In this document: one piece after another, positions 54,486-64,000 of the stretch
Layout of the letters: each line of letters starts with the position of its first letter
Numbering within the stretch: position 1 is the stretch's first letter
Assembly (NCBI GenBank): GCA_964633285.1
Contig: CAZWGA010000016.1
Coordinates: 19,644 to 83,643 of the forward strand
Direction: 5' to 3'
Source: an uncultured Solibacteraceae bacterium
GTDB lineage: Bacteria; Acidobacteriota; Terriglobia; 20CM-2-55-15
DNA length: 64,000 nt
Notes under the pieces: generated by a model
The model's input: the letters and a program-made list of their open reading frames with translations, nothing else
Databases searched by the model: none
Told to the model about the DNA's origin: nothing
Translations under genes and position numbers: made by a program

Positions 54486-56861
54486 TTACTTGGTGACTGT
54501 TATCTCTTTCAACGCCATCTGCGCGAGGTTTCTTTCTTTGAAACTCACTGAACTGGAAACCGCTTTCCGAAGCGCCGCCTGAGCCTCCGGGATTTGCGTG
54601 TTGGACATATACGTCATGCCCAGATGGTATAGAAAAACCGGATTGTCCGGTTCTCTTGAAACTGCAAATTTAAGTTGATCACGGGCGTTTGCATAATCGT
54701 GTAGTTTAAAGTAAATCCAACCCAGCGTGTCGGCTCCGTGAGGATTATCCGGTTGCCGCTTCCGCGCCAATTGCGCCCAATTCATGGCGGAATACAGATC
54801 AATGCCTTCCTCGCTCATTATGTAAGCAAGGTTATTGGCGGCGGTGTCGTAATTTGGATTGACGCGGAGAGCATCCAGGTAACTCTGCTTCGCATCCTCG
54901 ATCTTGCCCTGCATTTGATAAATCAATCCCTCGATAGCGTACGTGCTTGCGTTCTGCGGATTCTTTTTCTTGATTTCGTCCAACTGTTTCAAAGCGACGT
55001 CGGCGTGGCCGCTTTGAACATACTGAGCCGCCAGATAAGCATCAGAACTGATGAGGGCAGGATCTTTTTCGAGCGCGAGTTTAAATGCTTTTTCAGATTC
55101 CTCCAGTTTGCCTGCTCTGAAATAGACAAGCCCCATGAGTTCATAATGAAATGCCTGTGTCCGATTATCCGTGCCACTCGTCCTCTGAATGGCTTCGATG
55201 GCTCGCTCGGGTTGCTTCTGGCGGATATCAAACTGAGCAAGATCCTGCAGAAGTTGCGGAGAGTCGGGACGAAGTTCAAGCGCCCGCAGATAACTCCTCT
55301 CTGCTTCGGCGATGCGGCCGCGCGATTCCAGGTAGATGGCCATTTGCCGATGTACCAGCGGGTTGTTCGGATCCGCGCTTACCAGGGCATTTAACTGGCG
55401 TTCGGCCTCGGTGTAATTCTTATCCATTGTGTCCAGGTTGGCTTTGATAAGCTCCGCCTCGATCATGCCGGGCTTGGCTGCGAGAACCTTCGTTAGTTCT
55501 GCCCGCGCATCACCAGTTCTGCCCTTGTTCATGAACAATTCGGCGAGGGCAACGCGGGCCGGCAGATAGGTCTTGTCCATCTCCAGAGCTTTTTGAAATT
55601 CATCCTGCGCCAGATCCACCTGCCCTCGAGATGTAGCAATATTCCCGAGCACGAAATGGGGTTGTGGATACTTGGCGGTAATCACCCGATTCACAATCGC
55701 CGTGGCCGAATCGTACCGCCCCGCGGCAAATTCGAGTTGCCCCAGAACAATGTTGCCCATCGGGTTATTGGGGTCGGCTTTGAGAATACGTTCGGCTTCA
55801 GTTCGCGCAAGAGCCGGATCATTTCCGAGCAGGTTGGAAGCGAGCTTCGAAGCAACATCGAGATCGCCAGGAAGTTTCACCTTCAGGTCGAACAGGAGTT
55901 TCTGCGCGTCGTTCGAGCGATTCTGACCGACATAGAGATCCGACAGCAAAAGTGCCGGCGCCGGATCTCTCGGAGTGTTCGCTTGTGCGTTAAGCAGAAC
56001 TTTTTCAACTTTGTCGAAACGGGCCAGTTCCAGGTAGAAGTCAACGGCTTGAAGGCAGAGCGTCTTATCGGAGGGATAGAGGGAAAGGGCGTCGGAATAG
56101 ACCGCATCAGCCTTGTCGGTTTCATGCAGCAGACGATAGTACGTAGCCAGGGAAGCAAGCACGACGATGTCTTTGGGATCAATCTGACGTGCCTCCAGAA
56201 AAGCATGCTCCGCTTCTGGATAATGTTTCAACTCCGTCTGAGTCCGGCCCAAACTGACCAGCGCACCCACATTCTTGGGATTCAGGCTCAGCGATTTTTC
56301 GAACAGCGGTAATGCCGAATCATGGTTACCCAGGCCCGCAGCCGAATCGCCCCACAACGCTAAAGCCTGGGCATTATCCGGCGCTTTCGAGAGAATTTTT
56401 TGAGCGATTTCATTGGCATGATGGTAGTACTTCGAGTCTCTCCCTCCTGCCTTGATGTAAATCTTACCGAGCCGGATGCTGGCTTCGGTCTCCTCGGGAA
56501 AATAATCCAGGAGATCATTCAATTGTCTGGCGGCGGCCCCCAGATAATCCTGATCGTAGTAAGAAAGGGCGAGGAGATAACGAGCTTCCCTGTTCGTGTT
56601 GTCTTGATCAATGGCCTTCAAGAATTGGATTTCCGCAGCGGGATAATCCTTTTTCTCGTATAACTTTTTACCGGCAGCGATCAACTCTTCAGGAGTCGGT
56701 TGCCTGAACGCAAACCAGAAAATGCCATAAAGAATGGGAATGCCGATCGCTGATGCCAGGAGAACCTTGCGGATGATTGCCATTCGCCTGGCTCGCCTTT
56801 TGCTGGGTCGGCGTCTCCCAACCCGCTTTCGAATTCTTATTTCTGTTGATGGCAGATTCAA
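54486..56861 (-). CDS. Membrane-anchored long TPR protein (PrsT-like)
   Basis: AAGGAG before TTG; basic N-terminus plus TM; many TPRs; C-terminal ANNLAY...ADTLGWIY...YHLG. Confidence 0.85.
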   Translation of the reverse strand: MNLPSTEIRIRKRVGRRRPSKRRARRMAIIRKVLLASAIGIPILYGIFWFAFRQPTPEELIAAGKKLYEKKDYPAAEIQFLKAIDQDNTNREARYLLALSYYDQDYLGAAARQLNDLLDYFPEETEASIRLGKIYIKAGGRDSKYYHHANEIAQKILSKAPDNAQALALWGDSAAGLGNHDSALPLFEKSLSLNPKNVGALVSLGRTQTELKHYPEAEHAFLEARQIDPKDIVVLASLATYYRLLHETDKADAVYSDALSLYPSDKTLCLQAVDFYLELARFDKVEKVLLNAQANTPRDPAPALLLSDLYVGQNRSNDAQKLLFDLKVKLPGDLDVASKLASNLLGNDPALARTEAERILKADPNNPMGNIVLGQLEFAAGRYDSATAIVNRVITAKYPQPHFVLGNIATSRGQVDLAQDEFQKALEMDKTYLPARVALAELFMNKGRTGDARAELTKVLAAKPGMIEAELIKANLDTMDKNYTEAERQLNALVSADPNNPLVHRQMAIYLESRGRIAEAERSYLRALELRPDSPQLLQDLAQFDIRQKQPERAIEAIQRTSGTDNRTQAFHYELMGLVYFRAGKLEESEKAFKLALEKDPALISSDAYLAAQYVQSGHADVALKQLDEIKKKNPQNASTYAIEGLIYQMQGKIEDAKQSYLDALRVNPNYDTAANNLAYIMSEEGIDLYSAMNWAQLARKRQPDNPHGADTLGWIYFKLHDYANARDQLKFAVSREPDNPVFLYHLGMTYMSNTQIPEAQAALRKAVSSSVSFKERNLAQMALKEITVTK

Positions 56862-57034
56862 GAACTAGCGCTCCTTCGCATAGTCTACAAACCGGAGGTG
56901 AGCGATTATAGTCGATATCTGAACGCTGATCGATCGTGACTTTTGTAGGGCCCGGAACCCCTGAAAACCCGGCCCTCCATCTTTATCTGAAGTTAGGGAA
57001 CCACTTGAAAAGAAGACCCTTCATGATGAAGTTT

Positions 57035-57051
57035 TGTCGTATTTCTTTACA
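57035..57051 (+). promoter_or_regulatory. Candidate enhancer (TGT-N11-ACA, with TTTACA) for a sigma54 activator
   Basis: TGTCGTATTTCTTTACA about 190 bp upstream of the -24 box, within an AT-rich spacer. Confidence 0.5.
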
Positions 57052-57241
57052 ATTCTTGCAGGAGGGCCTGATTAGATCTAAATGATTATTTCAAAATAGT
57101 TTAGGTGGCTTAACCCCGGACAAGGCGCTGGAATCCTTTACACTGCAGACAAACCATCACGTACGGAATACCGAACTCTATGCTCACCTAAGCCTTTTAT
57201 TTGTTTGATGTTAATTCGCCATCTCAGAGTTCGACTTAGGA

Positions 57242-57257
57242 TGGTGCAATGATTGCT
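57242..57257 (+). promoter_or_regulatory. Sigma54 -24/-12 promoter
   Basis: TGGTGCAATGATTGCT: GG 57243-44, 10 nt, GC 57255-56; upstream of a PEP-CTERM gene. Confidence 0.65.
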
Positions 57258-57321
57258 ACCGTTTCTTCCGAACGAGGGGGTCCGTGTAAGGATACTTAGG
57301 ACCTCATTAGGGGTGCGAAGA

Positions 57322-57933
57322 ATGCGAATGCGGAGTTACTTACTGTTACTTATCGTTCTTTTGGTGGCGGCGGTTCCCGCAATGGCCGATAGTTTTACCG
57401 ATGCTTCCATTTTTGTTACGGGATCGGTAACGTCGACAACAGTCACCTTGACGTTCACTTGCACTTCACAGTCTTGCGACGGATGGTATTTGGGCGACGT
57501 AACGCTCAAGGGATTCACATTTGCCGGCAGCCCGACGCTCGGAACGGCTCCATCCGGGTACATTGTCGATAATGGTGGCCAAAACAATGGCAGCGTAGCA
57601 GGCGGTGGCGGGTGCAACAGCACTCAACCTGGACAAGCCGTATGCTGGGAGGCCCCCGCAACGTTGACGACCAGGCTTGACAAAAACCACACAGTCACTT
57701 TCACCGCTCATGTCACCAACGGCGTGGCCGGATCCGTTCTCCACTTCCAGGCAACTGCCTACAATAACCCCCAGGGAAACGGAACCAGCGGCGGCAAAGT
57801 CTGGGCCGCGTCGGATGACCTGACTGGGGGTACGACCAACACGCACGTCCCTGAACCCAACACACTGAGCTTGTTTGCCGTCGGCTTAGGATGTCTTGCC
57901 GAGGCGTACCGTCGAAATCGACTTAAACGTTGA
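57322..57933 (+). CDS. PEP-CTERM sorting domain protein
   Basis: Signal peptide ...PAMA-D, Thr/Gly/Ser-rich body with 4 Cys, VPEPNTLSLFAVGLGCL followed by RRNRLKR. Confidence 0.9.
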   Translation: MRMRSYLLLLIVLLVAAVPAMADSFTDASIFVTGSVTSTTVTLTFTCTSQSCDGWYLGDVTLKGFTFAGSPTLGTAPSGYIVDNGGQNNGSVAGGGGCNSTQPGQAVCWEAPATLTTRLDKNHTVTFTAHVTNGVAGSVLHFQATAYNNPQGNGTSGGKVWAASDDLTGGTTNTHVPEPNTLSLFAVGLGCLAEAYRRNRLKR

Positions 57934-57962
57934 CCGATCTCTCCCTCCGGGGGAGATCGGTC
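57932..57962 (+). terminator. GC-rich hairpin after the PEP-CTERM gene
   Basis: GACCGATCTC...GAGATCGGTC stem; no U-tract, so termination is uncertain. Confidence 0.45.
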
Positions 57963-58081
57963 GCAACGCGCCACGCTTGAAGGCCGGAGTCCCAGAGTTC
58001 CTGCACACAACCCTGTTTTCCACTGCCTGCAGCTCTCTTCAAACGGATTGGGTTATGTTAATCTTTCCCAGTTCGATTCCT

Positions 58082-58152
58082 TGGGACGTCGTCCAACGGT
58101 AGGACGCATGACTCTGGATCATGCTATCGGGGTTCGAATCCCTGCGTCCCAG
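58082..58152 (+). tRNA. tRNA-Gln (anticodon CTG), CCA not encoded
   Basis: Acceptor TGGGACG/CGTCCCA, D-arm GTCC/GGAC, anticodon arm CATGA-CTCTGGA-TCATG, T-arm CGGGG-TTCGAAT-CCCTG, discriminator G. Confidence 0.95.
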
Positions 58153-59043
58153 TTGAAACCCCTCATCATCCTGCTCTGTTTTCTGCTGCCGGCTCCAGCC
58201 GCGCAAACTCCAGCAAAGCTGACGGGCGTCATCGATATCCATGCGCACTCCGATCCGGACAGCCGTCCGCGCTCCATCGACGCTATCGATCTCGCGCGTC
58301 TCGCCAAAGAACGCGGCATGCGGGGTCTCGTTTTGAAAAATCACTACGAGTCGACAGCCGCGCTGGCATACGCCGTAAGAAAAGCGGTGCCCGGCCTTGA
58401 AGTATTCGGCGGTATTGACTTGAATCGATCCGTCGGCGGCATCAATCCGGAAGCGATAGAGCGCATGGTTCTGTTGAAGGGGGGCTTTGGCCGGGTCATC
58501 TGGCTGCCGACATTCGATGCGGAGAATCAGGTAAAGGATTCCAAGGAGAATCGTCCGTTTGTCTCCGTTGCCAGAAATGGACAACTGACTCCCGAAGTTG
58601 TTCAAGTTATCGGACTGGCCGCAAAACACCAGTTGCTGCTGGAGACAGGTCATTCTTCCGCGGAAGAAGGGCTGATGATTGTTCGAGAAGCCGGGCGCCA
58701 GGGCGTGCAGCACGTTGTGGTGACACACGCCATGAAATCGCCTGTGCGCATGACGATTCCGCAAATGCAGGAAGCCGCGCGAACCGGCGCGTTTATTGAA
58801 ATCGATTATGGCGGCCTGCTTGGCGCCAATCCGGAGTTTCGAATCGGCGATTACGCGAAAGCCATTCGCGCGATTGGGCCCGCTGCCGTCATTCTATCGA
58901 GCGACCTCGGCCAGCCGGGAAATCCATTGCATCCCGATGGCCTCGCTGCATTCTTTGCCGCTTTGCTCAAAGAAGGATTCTCTCAAGCCGACGTGGACTT
59001 GATGTCGAAAACAAATCCCGCGCGCGCACTCGGCCTGAAATAA
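58153..59043 (+). CDS. DUF6282-like amidohydrolase-fold exported protein
   Basis: TTG 58153 gives signal-like MKPLIILLCFLLPAPAAQ; DIHAHSDPD, LKNH, GGINP, LETGH, VTH, LSSDLGQ. Confidence 0.82.
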   Translation: MKPLIILLCFLLPAPAAQTPAKLTGVIDIHAHSDPDSRPRSIDAIDLARLAKERGMRGLVLKNHYESTAALAYAVRKAVPGLEVFGGIDLNRSVGGINPEAIERMVLLKGGFGRVIWLPTFDAENQVKDSKENRPFVSVARNGQLTPEVVQVIGLAAKHQLLLETGHSSAEEGLMIVREAGRQGVQHVVVTHAMKSPVRMTIPQMQEAARTGAFIEIDYGGLLGANPEFRIGDYAKAIRAIGPAAVILSSDLGQPGNPLHPDGLAAFFAALLKEGFSQADVDLMSKTNPARALGLK

Positions 59044-59055
59044 GGAACTGCGGAT

Positions 59056-59232
59056 TCAGACACTCCTTCTGGCGTCAAAACCCACCAGGCTTCCATCCTC
59101 CCACGTGTACTGAATCTCAATCGGCCGGCAGCACACTTCGCAGTCTTCGATGTAGGTCTGGCCGGAGATGGATGTATCCAGAACCATCGAAATTTCCTCA
59201 CCGCAATAAGGACATGCAAAGAAATGCTCCAT
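59056..59232 (-). CDS. CPXCG-motif cysteine-rich small protein (58 aa, not in ORF track)
   Basis: MEHFFACPYCGEEISMVLDTSISGQTYIEDCEVCCRPIEI... Confidence 0.88.
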   Translation of the reverse strand: MEHFFACPYCGEEISMVLDTSISGQTYIEDCEVCCRPIEIQYTWEDGSLVGFDARRSV

Positions 59233-59250
59233 AGCCGGCGTCTTGCGAAG

Positions 59251-60408
59251 TCACCACGCTGTTTCAAACAACTCGATGATCTGTTCGGATGAAGGCACGA
59301 CGGGATTGTTCTGCGGACTGCCGGATTCCAGCGCATCCGAAGCCATCTTCGGAAGAGTGTTTTTGAATCTGTCGGCGTCACCGCCACAACATTCGCGAAG
59401 CCTCGGGACTTCCAGATCATTGTTGAGTTGTTGAAGCCACTCGGCCAATGCCTCGCATGCGAAGTCGTCGGAGCTTTTCAGGGGCGCGACATCCATCGCC
59501 CTCGCGACATCGGCATATCGAGACTTGTCGCCGCGCCATGAAAAACGCGTCACCGCGGGAAGTAAAACGGAATTCGACAAGCCGTGCCGTAACTTGAACA
59601 TCAGCCCGAGCGGCCGGCTCATCCCATGCACCAGGCACACGCTGGAATTTGTGAAGGCCAGGCCGCCCTGCAACGCGGCAATCGACATCGCCTCACGCGC
59701 TTCTTTGTTTCCGGGATCAGCCCATGCTTTGCTCAGATTGGCGCGAATCTTTGTGACGCACGAAAGCGCGACCGGGTCCGTAAGCGGATTCGCTTTGCGC
59801 GAAACATAGGCTTCGATGCCGTGAGTCAGCGCATCCACACCGACGTGCGCCGTGAGAGGTTTCGACATACTCAGGGTCAGTTCATAATCGACGATTGCGG
59901 CTGCCGGCATGAGCTTTGCATCGAGAATCATCATCTTTACGTTGCGCGTCGTGTCGGTGATGACCGCCACCTTCGTTGCTTCGCTTCCAGTGCCCGCCGT
60001 TGTCGGAACAGCAATCACCGGCACACCCTGCCGGGAAATGCGGTGGTAGCCTTGAAACTGGCTCAACGGTCCCGTGTTCGCCGCGGCAGCCGAAACCATC
60101 TTCGCAACATCGAGCGCGCTACCTCCACCAATGGCCATGATCGCGTCCGCTTTCATCGCTAAAAGATGCCCGGTTCCCGCTATGACATTTTCATCTGTGG
60201 GATCCGGCTGCAGATCGCTGAAGACTTCGCTCGTAATGCCGGCGCGCATCAGATTCGAACGAATCTCCGCAACGAAATCTGCACCCGCAAAGTACGGATC
60301 AACCACCATCAGGACCGCGTGCGCGTGCAGCCCTGCAAGCAACTCCGCAGACTGCGCGCGGCAGCCTCCTCCAGTCACGATTGTTTGTGGAGAATCAAAT
60401 CGCGTCAT
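59251..60408 (-). CDS. Iron-containing alcohol dehydrogenase
   Basis: GGGSALD, PTTAGTGSE, DALTHGIE, VHGMS, HG. Confidence 0.92.
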   Translation of the reverse strand: MTRFDSPQTIVTGGGCRAQSAELLAGLHAHAVLMVVDPYFAGADFVAEIRSNLMRAGITSEVFSDLQPDPTDENVIAGTGHLLAMKADAIMAIGGGSALDVAKMVSAAAANTGPLSQFQGYHRISRQGVPVIAVPTTAGTGSEATKVAVITDTTRNVKMMILDAKLMPAAAIVDYELTLSMSKPLTAHVGVDALTHGIEAYVSRKANPLTDPVALSCVTKIRANLSKAWADPGNKEAREAMSIAALQGGLAFTNSSVCLVHGMSRPLGLMFKLRHGLSNSVLLPAVTRFSWRGDKSRYADVARAMDVAPLKSSDDFACEALAEWLQQLNNDLEVPRLRECCGGDADRFKNTLPKMASDALESGSPQNNPVVPSSEQIIELFETAW

Positions 60409-60441
60409 GAGAATTTCCCATGATAATCTCTCCCGCAAACG

Positions 60442-61146
60442 ATGAACATCACTTCAGATTACGTCGAAATCAAGGTCGGCGATGGGACCTCAATGCTGGG
60501 ATGGTCTTCACGACCCGCGGGCGAGACGGCGAAGCGCGGGCTGCTTGTATTCCAGGAAGCATTCGGCGTCAATCCACACATTCGGGACGTGACCCAACGT
60601 TTCGCCGCGCTCGGCTATGCTGCGGTTGCGCCCGAACTCTTCCATCGCACTGCGCCACCCAGGTGGGAAGGCCAATACGACAACTTCCCTGCTGTGATGC
60701 CGCATATGCAGGCACTAAAAGAAGCGAGCATGGAAGCCGATATTCAGGCTGCATACGCCTGGCTTAAAGACAATGGCGGCGCCGGCGGCAATATCGCATG
60801 CATCGGTTATTGCATGGGAGGGCGCGCAGCATTTCTGGCAAATTCGGCCGTGCCCGTTAAAGCGGCGGTCTCCTATTACGGCGGAAATATTCCGAACCTT
60901 CTGCATCGCACGAGCAGGATCTCGGCTTCGATGCTCCTGCTATGGGGTGAACTGGATCATCACATTCCCGCCGACCAGCGTAATCAGGTGACCAGCGCAA
61001 TGCGCGAAGCGAAGAAAGACTATGTGGACATCGTTTTTTCGAACGCCGATCATGGCTTTTTCTGCGATGCGCGAAAAAGCTACGAGCCCGGCGCCGCAAA
61101 GCTTTCATGGGACATAGTGCAATCGTTTTTGAATGCGCGCCTGTAA
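60442..61146 (+). CDS. Dienelactone hydrolase family protein
   Basis: QEAFG, GYCMGG, GELD, ADHGF (Cys-Asp-His triad). Confidence 0.92.
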   Translation: MNITSDYVEIKVGDGTSMLGWSSRPAGETAKRGLLVFQEAFGVNPHIRDVTQRFAALGYAAVAPELFHRTAPPRWEGQYDNFPAVMPHMQALKEASMEADIQAAYAWLKDNGGAGGNIACIGYCMGGRAAFLANSAVPVKAAVSYYGGNIPNLLHRTSRISASMLLLWGELDHHIPADQRNQVTSAMREAKKDYVDIVFSNADHGFFCDARKSYEPGAAKLSWDIVQSFLNARL

Positions 61147-63742
61147 TTCCAATCGTTCTTCAAGCGTCTTCGTATTACTCTTCCTTTTGTTTATGGCCCT
61201 CGACTCGGGCTGTCATTCCAATAATAAGGACGTCACAGACGCCGGATTACAGGCGCCGGGAGTGTCTCTCGAACTCGCCACGGAACGCGCCACGCTCATC
61301 GAAGGATTGTCCTACGACCTCACTTTCTCTATTCCCGCCGAACAATCATCTCCGATCACGGGCAAGGCCATCATTCACTTCACTGTGAAACGCAACCAGA
61401 ATCCGCTGGTTCTTGATTTCAGCCCCGGCCGCGATCATCTGAAATCGGTATCTGTCGGCGGCAAGGCTAGCCAATTCGGCGTCACGAAGGATCACATCAT
61501 TATTCCCGCCGGGGAACTTCGGCCCGGCGAAAACGTCATCGAGATTGCGTTCCAGGCAGGTGACGCATCGCTGAACCGGAATCCCGATTTCATGTATACG
61601 CTTTTTGTTCCGGCGCGAGCGCATCTCGCGTTTCCCTGTTTCGATCAACCCAGCCTGAAAGCGCGATTCTCGCTCGAACTCAGCGTACCCGCGGACTGGC
61701 AGGCCGTATCCAACGGGGCGGAAACCTTTCATGAAGCCGAAGGTGGACGCACGCGAATCCGCTACGCCGAAACGCAGCCCATTTCGACGTACTTGTTTGC
61801 GTTTGCTGCCGGCAAATTTCAGATTGAAACGGCGGAACGCAATGGGCGCTGGTACCGGATGTTTCATCGGGAAACGGATGCGAAAAAAGTAGCACGGAAT
61901 AAACAGGCCGTCTTCGACCTTCATGCGTCGGCCCTGGAGTGGCTCGAGAACTACACCGGAATTCCCTACCGTTTCGGCAAATTCGATTTCGTGCTGATTC
62001 CTTCATTTCAATTCGGCGGGATGGAGCATCCTGGATCGATTTTCTACAACGCGTCATCGATACTGCTGGATGAATCGGCCACCGAAAATCAAATGCTGAA
62101 TCGGGCCAGCACCATCGCGCACGAGACGTCGCATATGTGGTTCGGCGATCTTGTTACGATGCAGTGGTTCAACGATGTCTGGATGAAGGAAGTCTTCGCC
62201 AACTTCATGGCAGCGAAGATTGTGAATCCCGCATTTCCCAAAGTGAATCACGATCTTCGTTTCCTGACTTCCAATTATCCGTCCGCCTACTCCGTGGATC
62301 GGACGGCCGGCACTCACCCCATTCGTCAGGAACTGGCGAATCTCGATGAAGCGGGCAGTCTTTACGGCGCGATCATTTACCAGAAGGCGCCCATCGTCAT
62401 GCGGCAGCTCGAACTTATTCTTGGCCCAGACAAACTGCAGGATGGTTTGCGCGCCTATCTGAAACAATTCCAGTTCGGAAATGCGACGTGGCTCGATCTC
62501 GTTCGGATCCTCGATGACCGCACCGAACTTGATCTCACCGCTTGGAGCCGCGCCTGGGTTGAAGAAGCCGGGCGGCCATCCATCAAAACAGTGATCGATG
62601 GCCGCCGCGTGATTTTCGTTCAATCGGATCCCGAGGCGGGACGCTCGCTGCACTGGACCCAGCACATGGATGTTTTGTTGGGCTCCGGCGCCGCAACGAC
62701 GCCGGTCCCTGTTGAATTTCAAAAAGAGCGGGCCGACATTGAGATACCGGCGGCAATAACCCGGCTCGATTTCGTGTTGCCCACGGGCCGCGGTCTTGCT
62801 TACGGAGACTTCACGCTCGATGACGCATCGCGAACCTTCCTGATGCGGCATCTTCCCGAGCTGAAGGACTCGCTGACGCGCGGAGCTGCATGGCTCACGC
62901 TGTGGGAGGAACTGCTCGATCGCCGTGTTCAACCTTCCGGCTTCATGTCTCTTGCGCTCGAAGCGCTGCCGCACGAGGACACAGAACAGAACGTGCAGTT
63001 GGTGCTCGGCCACATGAACCAGACCTTCTGGGACTTTCTTTCTGCTCCGGCCAGAGAACGCGTCGCGCCGGCTCTGGAACGCACGCTCCGTCAGGGTTTG
63101 GATCACGCGGCTTCATCAAGTCTGAAGTCCACATACTTCTCCGCTTTTCGGTCAACCGTCACAACCCCGGACGGCGTTGCTTTCCTGGAACGGGTCTGGC
63201 GGCGGCAGGAAAAGATCCCCGGTCTGACTCTCGCGGAACCTGACGAAGCATCGATGGCTCTCGAACTCGCCGTTCGATCCGTACCGAACGCGGCGGCGAT
63301 TCTCGAAGAGCAACGCGGACGCTTCATGAACCCCGATCGCAAAGCCCGATTTGAATTTGTGATTCCTGCGCTTTCGGATCAAGAAGAAACCCGAAGTGAA
63401 TGGTTCAGAAAGTTATCGGATGTTCAAAATCGACGGCGCGAACCCTGGGTCACGGAAGGTTTGAGATATCTCCATCATCCGTTGCGAGAGGCATCCTCCG
63501 AAAAATATATCCGTCCGGGATTGGAACTGCTTCGCGACATCCAACGCACCGGCGATATCTTTTTTCCAAAAAACTGGATGGACGCCACTCTTGGCGGACA
63601 CAATCGCCGCGCCGCCGCAGATATCGTTCGCAATTTCTTAAACGGCCAGAAGGATTATCCGATTCGGCTGCGCCGCATCATCCTGCAATCGGCCGATGAA
63701 CTCTTTCGCGCCGCCGACATCCTGAGCACTTCTGAAAAATGA
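61133..63742 (+). CDS. M1 family aminopeptidase N-like, probably exported
   Basis: FPCFDQP, GGMEH, HETSH-x18-E, IYQK; ERAP1-like C-terminus. Confidence 0.92.
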   Translation: MRACNSNRSSSVFVLLFLLFMALDSGCHSNNKDVTDAGLQAPGVSLELATERATLIEGLSYDLTFSIPAEQSSPITGKAIIHFTVKRNQNPLVLDFSPGRDHLKSVSVGGKASQFGVTKDHIIIPAGELRPGENVIEIAFQAGDASLNRNPDFMYTLFVPARAHLAFPCFDQPSLKARFSLELSVPADWQAVSNGAETFHEAEGGRTRIRYAETQPISTYLFAFAAGKFQIETAERNGRWYRMFHRETDAKKVARNKQAVFDLHASALEWLENYTGIPYRFGKFDFVLIPSFQFGGMEHPGSIFYNASSILLDESATENQMLNRASTIAHETSHMWFGDLVTMQWFNDVWMKEVFANFMAAKIVNPAFPKVNHDLRFLTSNYPSAYSVDRTAGTHPIRQELANLDEAGSLYGAIIYQKAPIVMRQLELILGPDKLQDGLRAYLKQFQFGNATWLDLVRILDDRTELDLTAWSRAWVEEAGRPSIKTVIDGRRVIFVQSDPEAGRSLHWTQHMDVLLGSGAATTPVPVEFQKERADIEIPAAITRLDFVLPTGRGLAYGDFTLDDASRTFLMRHLPELKDSLTRGAAWLTLWEELLDRRVQPSGFMSLALEALPHEDTEQNVQLVLGHMNQTFWDFLSAPARERVAPALERTLRQGLDHAASSSLKSTYFSAFRSTVTTPDGVAFLERVWRRQEKIPGLTLAEPDEASMALELAVRSVPNAAAILEEQRGRFMNPDRKARFEFVIPALSDQEETRSEWFRKLSDVQNRRREPWVTEGLRYLHHPLREASSEKYIRPGLELLRDIQRTGDIFFPKNWMDATLGGHNRRAAADIVRNFLNGQKDYPIRLRRIILQSADELFRAADILSTSEK

Positions 63743-64000
63743 TGCTGAAAAAAATCGGTTTCGCGCTTTTGAGAATGGGTCTCATGCTGGTCGCGGGTCT
63801 TGCGATTTACCTCTGGTTTTTTGAATACCGATTCATTTTTTATCCCGAGCGTACTTTGGCCGGCAAGCCCCACCACCGTCACGAGGACATTCGCTTCGCT
63901 GCAATTGACGGCACACCGTTACACGGCTGGTTTATCCCTTTCGACGGCAGCAAACGGGTATTCATCATCAGTCACGGAAACGCGGGAAACATCGGCGATC
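63739..64000 (+). CDS. Alpha/beta hydrolase (Bem46/ABHD13-like), runs off the window
   Basis: ATGA overlap; N-terminal TM, FIFYP, DGTPLHGWF, HGNAGNI. Confidence 0.82.
   Translation, partial: MMLKKIGFALLRMGLMLVAGLAIYLWFFEYRFIFYPERTLAGKPHHRHEDIRFAAIDGTPLHGWFIPFDGSKRVFIISHGNAGNIGD

Noticed and set aside
58048-58152. N-terminal extension of the DUF6282-like ORF
   Set aside because: It overlaps a canonical tRNA cloverleaf and would bury the signal peptide; kept only as an alternative in the findings.
58082-58152. tRNA as integration site of an island
   Set aside because: No integrase and no duplicated tRNA 3' end seen in the window.
1-64000. CRISPR array, rRNA, prophage, IS transposase, riboswitch
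   Set aside because: No regularly spaced repeats or hallmark genes seen by eye; a covariance-model search would be needed to exclude small structured RNAs.

Overview
A gene-dense, GC-rich bacterial chromosome segment, most likely from a soil Acidobacteriota. The markers are a TIGR03435/DUF3738 protein, a Ser/Thr kinase fused to a TolB-like propeller, a PEP-CTERM protein and many exported proteins with Gly/Arg-rich linkers. I found no CRISPR array, prophage, rRNA or intact transposase. Recognisable modules: (1) a GntR-linked tannase/esterase/pobA aromatic-ester cluster (13.1-18.0 kb); (2) a complete purine/ureide catabolism cluster (28.1-37.8 kb) with xanthine dehydrogenase, a cytochrome-less PuuD, UraH, UraD, AllB, AllC, AllE and a plant-type ureidoglycolate amidohydrolase; (3) a LarA plus divergent LeuCD-like operon; (4) a sigma54-type PEP-CTERM gene opposite a PrsT-like TPR gene; (5) tRNA-Gln(CTG). 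The best candidate for an undescribed system is 37.8-45.8 kb. Seven tandem exported proteins combine His-His-start DUF6152-like domains with five copies of a Cys-paired partner domain, and one gene fuses the two. They are transcribed divergently from a beta-propeller that keeps the catalytic residues of peptidyl-alpha-hydroxyglycine amidating lyase (PAL), and they run straight into the ureide operon. Also notable: a CxxC/RAPP leader peptide ahead of a TonB-dependent receptor, a CDS whose TTG start abuts the tRNA discriminator base, and two adjacent internal-deletion scars at 3.0-3.7 kb. Family calls come from motif recognition by eye; no database search was run.
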